Assembly (NCBI RefSeq): GCF_006345805.1
Contig: NC_042997.1
Coordinates: 111,724,001 to 111,788,000 of the forward strand
DNA length: 64,000 nt
Direction: 5' to 3'
Source of the DNA: Octopus sinensis
Lineage: Eukaryota
The notes beneath the pieces are model-generated. The model made no database searches. It was given only the letters and a program-made list of their open reading frames with translations, and had not been told where the DNA came from. Shown here piece after piece: positions 46,250-57,485 of this stretch. Numbering within the stretch: the stretch's first letter is position 1; each line of letters starts with the position of its first letter. The translations under genes and the position numbers were made by a program.

Positions 46250-47995
46250 TAAAGTTTAGAGAGCTCTTACCCCTGCTGGTGACAAAAGGCCTCTCACTAA
46301 GAGTAAAAGGCAGACTATATGATGCGTGTGTACGTACAGCCATGCTACATGGTAGTGAAACATGGGCCGTGACTGCTGAGGATATGCGTAAGCTCGCAAG
46401 AAATGAAGCCAGTATGCTCCGATGGATGTGTAATGTCAGTGTTCATAATCGTCAGAGTGTAAGTACTTTGAGAGAAAAGTTGAACCTAAGAAGTGTCAGT
46501 TGTGGTGTGCAAGAGAGACGGCTGCGCTGGTATGGTCATGTGACGAGAATGGCTGAAGATAGTTGTGTGCAAAAGTGCTACACCCTAGCAGTTGAGGGAA
46601 CCTGTGGAAGAGGTAGACCCAGGAAAACCTGGGACGAGGTGGTGAAGCACGACCTTCGAACTTTAGGTCTCACCAAGGAAATGACTGAAGACCGAGTCCT
46701 ATGGAAGTGTGCTGTGCATGAGAGGACCCGGCAGGACTAGTCAGGCCATATCCCGTGGCCCCTACCTGGGACGTAGTCGATCCACCTGTGCATACCTTCC
46801 TTCTTGTGACACTTGTGAAGACCTGCTGAGGCAAGTGAAAATCAATCAAAACAAATCAAAATAGATGAACATCAATGGAATCTGTATCTTTGTGGTACCA
46901 GTGCCGGTGGCACACACTTTGTGGTACCAGTGCCGGTGGCACACAAGAAAACCATCCGAACGTGGCCGTAGCCAGTTCCGCATCGACCGACCTCCGTGCT
47001 GTGGGCACGTAACAAACACCATCCGATCATGGCCGTTCGCCAGCCTCATCTGGCACCTGTGTCGGTGGCACATAAAAACACCTTCCGAAGACCCGGCAAG
47101 ACTAGTCAGTCCACCTGTGCATACCTTCCTTCTTGTGACACTTGTGAAGACCTGTTGAGGCAAGTGAAAATCAAATCAAATCAAAATAGATGAACATTAA
47201 TGGAATTGTATCTTTGTGGTACCAGTGCCGGTGGCACACAAGAAAACCATCCGAACGTGGCCGTAGCCAGTACCGCACCGACTGGCCTCCGTGCTGTGGG
47301 CACGTAACAAACACTATCCGATCGTGGCCGTTCGCCAGCCTCATCTGGCACCTGTGTCGGTGGCACATAAAAACACCATCCGAAGACCCGGCAAGACTAG
47401 TCAGGCCATAACCTGTGGCCCCTACCTGGGACGTAGTCAGTCCACCTGTGCATACCTTCCTTCTTGTGACACTTGTGAAGACCTATTGAGGCAAGTGAAA
47501 ATCAAAACAAATCAAAATAGATGAACATCAATGGAATTTGTATCTTTGTGGTACCAGTGCCGGTGGCACGTGGCACACTAGAAAACCATCCGAACGTGGC
47601 CGTAGCCAGTACCGCATCGACTGGCCTCCGTGCTGTGGGCACGTAACAAACACCATCCGATCGTGGCCGTTTGCCAGCCTCATCTGGCACCTGTGTTGGT
47701 GGCACATAAAAACACCATCCGAGCGTGGCCGTCTGCCACCTGTGTCGGTGGCACATAAAAAACACCATCCGAGCGTGGCCGTTCGCCAGCCTCGTCTGGC
47801 ACCTGTGTCGGTGGCACATAAAATCACCCACTACACTCACGGAGTGGTTGGCGTTAGGAAGGGCATCCAGCTGTAGAAACACTGCCAGATCTGACTGGAC
47901 TGGTGCAGCTTTCGGGCTCCCCAGACCCCAGTTGAACCGTCCAACCCATGCTAGCATGGAAAGCGGACGTTAAATGATGATGATGATGATGATGT
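46250..47995 (+). mobile_element. 5'-truncated RTE-clade LINE: ORF2 C-terminus plus a tandemly triplicated 3' UTR and (GAT)n tail
   Basis: ORF 46207-46740: KGRLYDACVRTAMLHGSETW...QERRLRWYGHVTRM...GRGRPRKTW is the canonical RTE post-RT region. TAG at 46738-46740; UTR units restart at 46725, 47090 and 47385. Confidence 0.9.
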
Positions 47996-48019
47996 GTATG
48001 TATGTATACAGGATGAAGA

Positions 48020-48093
48020 CACTAATATATATATATATATATATATATATAGATAGATATATGTATATATAAGTATGTATGTATATATATGTA

Positions 48094-48135
<42 letters not shown>

Positions 48136-48174
48136 ATATATATGTGTATATATATATATATATATACACACACA

Positions 48175-48245
<71 letters not shown>
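48020..48245. repeat. Compound (TA)n/(TATG) microsatellite
   Basis: Directly visible. Confidence 0.95.
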
Positions 48246-48663
48246 ACATTCACATACATACAGTACATTTAAACATAGCTATTGAAATATATATAAAGCT
48301 ATTTAAGTGCATCCACACTTAACAGTCTGCATCTGCATCTTCCTCTTCAGAATATCAGTCTATTGGAGACAGTCCTGAGATGTGCAACCAGACAATAATA
48401 CTCTGTCAGTCACCTTACCATATTTTAAATGTCTTGCTTTTCTGGGTATCAATAATGTAGCTGACTTGTTAGAAATGCACAAGATCATCCACCGTTTTCC
48501 CAACAACCTTGGCCACCTGTTTCACTTCAATCTCTCTTCCAATTGCAGACATAATAATAATAGAAATAAAACCGTGCTGCACTCATCACTTTCAGAAACA
48601 TTTCATTTTTTTCATGTTTGGAATTGTCAAATTATGGAATAAATAACTCATACCAGTTCTTAA

Positions 48664-49114
48664 CCCTTTCATTACTGTATTTCTGTTGAGAAGCTCTGTG
48701 TTTCTTAATTTTAAATATAACAAAGAATTTAGTAAAATAAGCTAGTGTTAGGAGCATAAATTGTGACTAAGGTTTGGTGGAAGATTTTAATTCAGAACAT
48801 ATGAAAACAAGATATTTGTACTACAGAGCCAGAGCTAGTTTTGGGCAGATTGGTATTGAAAGGGTTAAGAATCGTTTCTCTATTGTATATCTTAACTCTT
48901 TTGTTACCATATTTCTGTTGAGAAGCTCTGTGTTTCCTTCAATTAATTTTTAATATAACAAAGAATTTAGTAAAATAACTTCGTTATCATTAAGCTACTG
49001 TTAGGAATATAAATTGTGACTAAAGTTTGGTGGAAGATTTTAATTCAGAACTTATGAACACAAGACATTTGTACAGAACCAGAGCTGGTTTCAGCCAGGT
49101 TGGTAACAAAAGGG
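48664..49114. mobile_element. Two TTAA MITE copies in direct tandem (48664-48864 and 48896-49114)
   Basis: TTAA-CCCTTTC...GAAAGGG-TTAA, then TTAA-CTCTTTTGTTACC...GGTAACAAAAGGG-TTAT. Confidence 0.85.
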
Positions 49115-49384
49115 TTATTCTGTCAAAAATTCCATGTTTCCCCAAATTCACCAACATTACTCCTACCATGCCTGTCCATCCTTTCATCTTTTAAGACTCT
49201 TTTAATGTTCACTTTTCTGTATTTCTATATTTTTTCTGTGTTTTATATATGCCTTTTAGTTTTTGTTGATGTCTTTCTTTACTTATATGTCTGCTTTTTG
49301 TCCCCTATTTTAACTTTTTTTGAGGACTTGCACCTGAGCACTGGATACAATAAACTCATTATTATTATTATTATTTATTAAGAC

Positions 49385-49900
49385 CTCTGGAGAAATGCTG
49401 TGACTGAGAAGACCTAGCAAATAAAGTGAGTTCACAGCTGGAACCTACACCAGTGTTGCATAACCAGCCCTCTCAAAAAGTACCTTGGATCGAAGGGCGA
49501 CATGCTGTGCTTGAGGAGACCTGTTCCGACAGGTACATCAAAATCAAAATCAAATGGAAATTGTAGTTGTGGTCCCTGTGTTGGTGGCACATAAAAAGCA
49601 CCATCCAAACGTGGCTGATGTCAGTGCTGCCTTGACTGGCTCCCATGCCGGTGGCATGTAAAAAGCACCGTTTGATCATGGTCTATACCATCCCCCTCTG
49701 GCCCCTGTGCTGGTGGTGCGTAAAAGCACCCACTATACTCTTGGAGTGGTTGGCGTTAGGAAGGGCATCCAGCTGTAAAAACTCTGCTAAATCAAGATTG
49801 GAGCCTGGTGCAGCCACCTGGCTTCCCAGACCCCAGTAGAACCATCCAACCCATGCCAGCATTGAAAACGGATGTTAAACAATGATGATGATGATGATAG
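49385..49900 (+). mobile_element. RTE-type 3' end (family C)
   Basis: Repeat units, ggaagggcatccagctg, (GAT)n tail. Confidence 0.8.
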
Positions 49901-49902
49901 TG

Positions 49903-51425
49903 ACCTGGCAGAATCATTAACACACTCAACAAAATGCTTAGCAGCATTTCATCCAGTCTTCGTGTTCTGAGCTTGACTTTGCCTTTCGGGGTTGATAAAT
50001 TAAGAACCAGTCAAGTATTGGGGTTGATGTGGTTGACTTAACCCTGCCCCACAAATTTCAGACCTTGTCTCTATGGTAGAAAGGATTATTATTATTATTT
50101 ATTATTATTATGTATCAAGGAGGTATGGTGGTAGAGCTATTAGCACACTCAGCAAAAAATCTTAATGGCATTTCTTAATGCTTTACAATCTGAGTTCAAA
50201 TCCCCACTAAGTTGACATTACATTTCATCCTATTGGGGTTGATAAAACAAGTACCAGTCAAGTTTTGGGGTTGACGTACTCAACTTGCACCTCCCCTCAA
50301 AAACTGCTGGTCCTCTGTCAAAATTTGAAACCATTATTATTATTATTATATGTTTGACTTTTGCTTTGTATTTGTACAAGTTGATTCCAAGTCTCACCCA
50401 GAGACCTCAAGAGACAAGTTAGTTTTATGCCTAGGGTGTCATATATTTGGTTTTACACAAAGTATTGTTCTAGAGAATGTTTAGGAAAACATAAAAAAAT
50501 TATGAGTTTGTTTTAAAATTTGAGATTACTATTATCATTATTATTATTATTACCATTAACGTGGTGAGCTAGCAGAATTGTTAGCATTCTGGGCGAAATA
50601 CTTAATGGTATTTCGTCCGCTGCTACGTTCTGCATTCAAATTCCACTGAGGTTGAATTTGCCTTTCATCCTTTTGGCGTCGATAATTTAAGGTTGATGTG
50701 ATTGGCTGTCCCTCTCCCCACAAAATCCAGGCCTTGTGCCGATAGTAGAAAGGATTGTTATTATTATTATTATTATTATTATTAAGGTGGTGAGCTGGCA
50801 GAATCATTTGTATGCTGGACAAAATGCTTAGCAGTATTTCGCTCATCACTACATTCTGAGTTCAAATCCTACTGAGGTCGACTTTGCCTTTCATCCTTTC
50901 AGGGTCAATAATTTAAGTACCAGTCAAACACTGAGGTTGATGTAATCGACTAGTCCCCCTCTCACCAAATCTCAAGCCTTGTGCCTTTAGTAGAAAGGAT
51001 TATCATTATTATTATTGTTATTATCATTATTAAGGTGGCGAGTTGGCAGAATATCATTAGCTCACTGGGCGAAATGCTTATCAGTATTTCGTCTGCCGCT
51101 ACGTTCTGAATTCAAATTATGCCAAGGCCAACTTTGCCTTTCATCCTTTCAGGCCTGATATAATCAACTTAATCCGTTTGTCTGTCCCCTTTGTGTGTAG
51201 CTCCATGTGGGCAGTAAAGAAATAAGAATATCGTTAGCATGATGGACAAAATGCTTAGCGGCATTTTGTCCACCTTTATGTTCTGAGTTCAAATTCCACT
51301 GGGGACAGCTTTACCTTTCATCCTTTCGGGGTCGGTAAAATAAGTCCCAGTTACATACTGGGGATCAGTGTAATCAACTAGCCCCCTCCCCTCAAACCTC
51401 AGGCCTTGTGCCTATAGTAGAAAGG

Positions 51426-51456
<31 letters not shown>
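49903..51456 (+). mobile_element. Cluster of six co-oriented family-A SINEs separated mostly by (ATT)n tails
   Basis: Heads at about 49903, 50118, 50556, 50783, 51032 and 51226. Confidence 0.85.
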
Positions 51457-51458
<2 letters not shown>

Positions 51459-52139
51459 CTTCTTGTAAACAATCCATTTCAGATCCTACTTGAGCCCTTT
51501 TTGTTCTTTTCTTTTCAGGAAATTTCAAAACAAATACCGTCTCGCTCTTCATCAATATATGGCCATCGTATTGTTAATAATGGTCTTCTGGAAACAGTAG
51601 AAAGAAGCCATGCTAGGACAAACGTTGTCAGGAGTGAATTTTACCGACATAATAATATAAATATACAGCAAAAATTTTGACCATTCCAAAGTCTGGGCTG
51701 AAACTGAAGTAGACGTTACCAAAAGTGATCTCCATTCTATTTTGTGAAAATGTTTAGTTTAAATAAAAGATTATCAAATGCATTTTAATATACATCACAA
51801 TCCAAATGTAAGTATGAGGGCATTACAGCAAAACACTTATATCTGTCCCCTCTCTACCTTTAGTCTCTCAACTGGCACAAAGCCACATGCCCTCAATACT
51901 GTTCCACCCCCTCCCAGTTGAGGGGTTTTTGTCTGGCATGATACTTGGTGACCCTCGTTAGTGCTGGTGCCATGTAAAAGCACTGATGATGATGCCACAT
52001 ATAGTGACGGGGCCATGTAAAAAGCACCCTGTGCACTCTGTAAAATGGTTGGTGTTAGGAAGGGTAGCCATACCAAAACAGACCCCTTATGTGTTTACAT
52101 CTCCCTCCCTCCTACTTGTATGTACTGCTTGTCATCCTT

Positions 52140-52370
52140 TATTCTCTGAGCCACTTCTTATTTCTTTATTGCCCACAAGGGGCTAAAGAGAGGGGACAAA
52201 CAAGGACAGACAAAGGAATTAAGTCGATTACATCGACCCCAGTGCATAACAGGTACTTATTTAATCGATCCTGAAAGGATGAAAGGCAAAGTCGACCATG
52301 GCGGAATTTGAAAAGCATTTTGCCTGGTGTGCTAACGATTCTGGCAGCTTGCCGCCCTTATTCCCTGAGC
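52140..52370 (-). mobile_element. SINE family A
   Basis: ttctttattgcccacaagggg...gaaaggatgaaaggcaaagtcgacc...ctggcagcttgccgcc. Confidence 0.75.
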
Positions 52371-53089
52371 CACTTCTATCTCTCTGAACCCCAACCCATG
52401 CTGATATTTCTCATCAAACCACACCTCGATTCTTGTCCGTCACTCATTACATTCACCTTCTCCCTTAATATCCAATCAACTTTCACTCCCCGCAAAAATG
52501 TCTCCCTTCTCCTGATCCACCAGTCACATCATCCTTTGCTCCTTAAGGGTTTGCTCTTGCACCCCATCACTACCATTTTACCTTCTTCCCACCCTTATAT
52601 AATGTGAAGATAGCCATGTATCTTCCCTATAGCAATACACCTCAGCTCATCCCTAACATAAAGTCACCTCTCCCACCTTTATTGAGGTGGGGGGTCCCCC
52701 TCTTGTTTTTTCCTATCTTACAAGTCCTTTGGAAACCTCACTCATGCAAGTATAACAAAGAAAGTACTCTGTAAAATTAGGGAGAATATTCAGCCGTAGA
52801 AACCCTGCCAAAGCTGATATTGGAGCCTGACACAAATCTGTGACTCACTGCATCCTGTCAAACCATCCAACCCATGCCAGCATGGGAAACGGATGTTACA
52901 TGATGATTTTCCAGTTACTCCCATCAGCCTTATATCTCTTCTATAACAAGGCACTTTGGCTTGTCCATCACCTTGCATAGAACCATCCCTCCCCCCATAC
53001 TCACCCAGTTTAGTTAAAGGAGCTTTTTCTTCCTGTTCTTTTCTCGTAACTTACTTGGTGACCTCACTCATACAAATATCATGAAAAAG

Positions 53090-53302
53090 CGGTGAGCTGG
53101 CAGAATCGTTAGCACGCCAGGCAAAATGCTTAACGGTATTTCGTCTGTCTTTATGTTCTGAGTTCAAATTCCACCGAGGTCGATTTTGCCTTTCATCCTT
53201 TCAGAATTGATTAAATAAGTACCAGTTACGCACTGGGTTGTTATAATCGACTTAATCTCTTTGTCTGTCCTTGTTTATCCCCTGTGGGAAGTAAAGAAAT
53301 AA
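53090..53302 (+). mobile_element. SINE family A
   Basis: gcggtgagctggcagaatcgttagc...gagttcaaattcc...gtaaagaaata. Confidence 0.8.
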
Positions 53303-53961
53303 ACATGAGAAAAGCTAGGAATGGTTTCCAGCTGTAGAAACCATGCCAAAGCTGACATTGGAGATTGATGTGGCCCTGTGGCTCATTGGATTCTATTAAA
53401 CCGTCTGACCCATGCCAACATGGAAAAATGGACAATATACACACACAATGTGAATATAATATATGCTTATATGTGTCTTTGTGAATTCATACTTCCCTTC
53501 ATCCTTATGTGTGTTCATTGACTGTAAACATTTGTTCATTAGGGTCCTTAAGAACATCTGGGTTTCTTGATGTGTTGTGTTATCTTTGTAAGCAAAAGGC
53601 TCATTCAGCTGCTGTCCCTTACTTCTAGACCATCGTATAACCATGTCCCAGCTGTTGTGGTTGCTTGGTAGAACCTAGGAGATTATTCAACCTCTTAGTT
53701 GGAAAGAGGTGAGGGGTGATGACAGGAATTGTACCAGGCTGTTGAAACTTTTGCTCCAGCTTGAGCAAGCATGGAAAAAGCAGATGCTACAACGATGGGG
53801 ATGATGATAATGCCATACATGTGCTTTGTTAGTGTGTGTTGTGTAGATTTCAAGGATTAAAAAAAATGTTACCTTAATTTCTAACAGGTGAGGATTGATG
53901 ACTAGAAAATCGACCTTAGTGAACCACAAGTAAGGAAAACATATATATATATATATACACA

Positions 53962-54523
53962 CACGAGGGCGAGTCAAAAGGTAATGCCATTTTGTTTAGG
54001 ACTGGTATAATTATCAATACATGTATCACATCAAAATGAAGCTGGTCCTCTGTGGATCACATCCCTACTTCTCAACATAGTCACCGTTTCTCTCAATAGC
54101 AATGTTCCACCTTCGAATGAGAGCATGTATCCCTGCCCCGTAAAATTCTGTTGACTGTTCTTTGAGCCACTTCTTCACTAGTTTTCACTTCCTCATCATT
54201 GGAATAATGTTTGCCTCTCAAACCCTCTTTCATGGGGCCGAAGAGATGATAGTCTGAAGGCGCTAAATTATTCCAGTGACAAGGAAGTGAAAACTGTAGT
54301 GAAGAAGTGGCTCAAAGCACAGATGACAGAATTTTACGGAGCAGAGATACATGCTCTCATTCGAAGGTGGAACATTGCTACAGAGAGAAACGGTGACTAT
54401 GTTGAGAAGTAGGGATGTGATCCACAGAGGACCAGCTTCATTTTGATGTATGATACATGTTCCTGTATTGGTGATTATACCTGTCCTAAACAAAATGGCA
54501 TTACTTTTTGACTCACCCTCGTG
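53962..54523. mobile_element. Palindromic (foldback) non-autonomous mariner built from two transposase 3' ends
   Basis: TIRs cacgagggcgagtcaaaaggtaatgcc and ggcattactttttgactcaccctcgtg-TA. Arms 53962-54208 and 54267-54523 are inverted copies encoding the mariner C-terminus (SDYHLFGPMKEGLRGKHYS.D.EVK...RRWNIA.ERNGDYVEK*). Confidence 0.9.
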
Positions 54524-54771
54524 TATATATGCATGTGCAGGTGAATGGGATAGTTAAGAAATTTACTTCTCAGCCACAACCCTTTGTGGATCAAATATGG
54601 ATTCCAGTTTCCATTTTAGTTCTGTTGATCTGTCAAAGTCATTTTTACATCAATCCATGGAATTCTGAAGCTAAACCAATTATCGCAGTAATTCCTAATG
54701 ACTGTTTCTCAAGATGTACATCCAAATCTTGAACACAACTAACAGTAACTTTTGTTACTATATTTGTCTAG

Positions 54772-55115
54772 GTGCAGGCCATGGCTGGTGGTAAGAAGCT
54801 TTCCAACCGCATGGTTCTAGGTTCAGTCCCACTGCATGGAACTTTTGGGCAAGTGTCTTCTATTTATAGCCTTGAGCCGACCAAAGCCTTGTGAGTAAAT
54901 TTGGTAGACAGAAACAAGCCTGTCATGCATATATATGTCCTTGCCCCCACCCACCCTGCTTGACAACTTGTGTTGGTATGTTTTTATCAGTTCAAAAGAG
55001 ACTGATAGAGTAAATACCAGGCTGAAAAGTGATCCAGTCAACTAAAATTCTTCAAGGTGGTGCCCCAGCATGGCTGCAGTCCAATGACTGAAGCCAGTAA
55101 CAGGTAAAAGATAAA
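54772..55115 (+). mobile_element. SINE family B
   Basis: Family-B modules. Confidence 0.75.
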
Positions 55116-57294
55116 TACAGTGTTCTGTTTCAATGGAAAATAAGGAAGAAATTATTAGCAAAAGAACTGACATTATTAAGCTGGTGTTTAAACTAAGCAA
55201 TCTCATTTGCTTTTGGACTCATTCTGGAATAAGGAGAATACTTTAGGAGATGATCGGTTGTCATTCTACTTGTCTCGGAAACGCACTAAGATCATTGGAA
55301 GTTGATTTGTGTAAGGACTGTGAAGACAAAATTGTTCTCTTTGGTCAGCTCAGAGGCTCCCTAAAATATCTGTACTAAATCAAAGCAGCTAGAATCATGT
55401 CAAGTGCCTCTTGATATCTCTGCTGGTTTGGATGAGAGCATTTCAGAGGAATAAACATCAGATTCTAAAATGGGTTCTTCATTGCCAGAATTGCCTATAG
55501 ATTATCAGCATTCTTCTCTAGGTAGTTCAAGTCTGACAGTTCATTGTGGGACCTTTGCTGAAGTTTGTGTAAAAAGATCTATCCTTAGTCATCAGACTTT
55601 GAAATCACTCTGGCTTATTTGGTGAGAGATGTTCCACCAGTGTGGTCATCCTGCTGTCCCTTACAACTGGACAAAGTGATTTGTGAAGGACTTGCACAAT
55701 AGAGACCATCTTATTTAACAAATCACTGCACTAAACATGAACAACTTCAGAGATTTTGATACCATTTTTAATGCTTGCTTTTCCATGGATCCAACAGGAT
55801 TCTTAGAGGCAAAACTTCTACCGTTGGATGTTATTCTTGTTGCCAACCCTCACAGGTTTCTAAGAAAAGTAATATTTCCAAACATATTTGCATGGTGCAC
55901 TTGTTTCAATTATGCCTCTCTATTATAAACACAAAGCCTGAAATTTTGGGGTTGGGGAGGGAGTTGATCAGATTAATCCACAGTACGTAACTGGTACTTA
56001 ATTTATTGATCCCGAAAGGATGAAAAGCAAAGTCGACCTTGGTAGAATTTGAACAGGGAACATAGCAGCAGACAAAATACTGCTAAGTATTTTGCCTGGC
56101 ATGCTAACGATTCTGCTGGCTTGATGCCTTAATTGTTTTAGAATTATTACGTAATGACAAGGCGACAGTAACATGCACATATATATAAGCTCCCAACACA
56201 CTCTGTAATGTGGCTGACATCAGGAAGGGTACCCAGAAACCATTTCAAAACAGTCAATTGGATCCTGGCCAGTTCCCGTCAAACTGTCCAACCCATGCCA
56301 GCATGGAAAAGGTTACTGATGATGATGATATATGAAGGGCTTTGTTCAATTTCCATTTACGAAAACCACTCTCATGCTATTAAAAATTAAGGTCCACGAC
56401 CATCAGTTTCTCAGGTACAGGCATAACTATATGGTTCAGAAGTTTGCTTCGGAACCACATGGTCTCCAGTTCAATCCCACTGTGCAGCACCTTGGACAAA
56501 TGTCCTCTACTGTAAGCCCTGGGGCTGATCAAAGTCCTGTGAGTGGATTTGGGAGATGAAAACTGGAAGAAGCCCGTCAGCTAAATATATAAAGAGATAT
56601 GTATAAAACATGAAATTAAGAGCATAATAATCTTTTCTACTACTAAAGGCACAAGGCCTGAAATGTTGGGGGAGGGGCAAGTTGATTTCATCGACCCCAA
56701 AAGGATGAAAAGCAAAGTTGACTGTGGTGGAATTTGAGCTCAGAACATAGCGACGGGCAAAATGCCTCTAAGCATTTCGTCTAGTATGCTAATGATTCTG
56801 CCAGTTTGCCGCCTTAAGAGCATAATAAGGAAAATCCAGGTGGACGTTTATGCATGAGCAGCTAAAATGATCGTTAGAAGCAAAATATATTTCCAAGTCT
56901 TATGTTTGTGCCTGATTGTCTTGACATTGTAGGATAGTTGTGAATGAGTCATCGTCATTCATTTCTGATTTTCTGCAAAAACATGTCTGGCCATGGGAGG
57001 GGGCAGGAGATATTACTTTGCTTGGAAAAAGTTGAGGGTTGGCAACGGGAAAAGGATGTAGAAAATCTGCCTGACCCATGAGAGCATTAAAGAGTGGATG
57101 TCAAAACAATGATTACGATTTCATTAATAACTGTTTAGCATTTAACAGGCTATTATAATCAAGCCCAAATATCCTACCTGCTTTATGTTCAAACTGGCTG
57201 AGTTAATCAATTCAGAACAACGAAAATAAATGAGCATTTACATTTGACAGTGATCTGAATGGCAAAAAGGTCAAGAGATAAGAAACGGAATATG

Positions 57295-57485
57295 GTGTGT
57301 AAAAAACACCCACTACACTCTCGGAGTGATTGGCGTTAGGAAGGGCATCCAGCTGTAGAAACACTGCCAGATCAAGATTGGAGCCTGGTGCAGCCATCTG
57401 GTTCGCCAGTCCCCAGTCAAACTATCCAACACATGCCAGCATGGAAAGCAGACATTAAAAGATGATGATGACGACAATGATGAAC
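57295..57485 (+). mobile_element. RTE-type 3' tail (family C)
   Basis: cactacactctcggagtgattggcgttaggaagggcatcc...gcatggaaagcagacattaaaa(gat)n. Confidence 0.8.

Noticed and set aside
46725-47830. CRISPR-like appearance of regularly repeated palindromic units (also 4603-4885 and 25333-25605)
   Set aside because: Units are fully repeated with no unique spacers, no cas genes are present, and the context is a eukaryotic LINE UTR or minisatellite.
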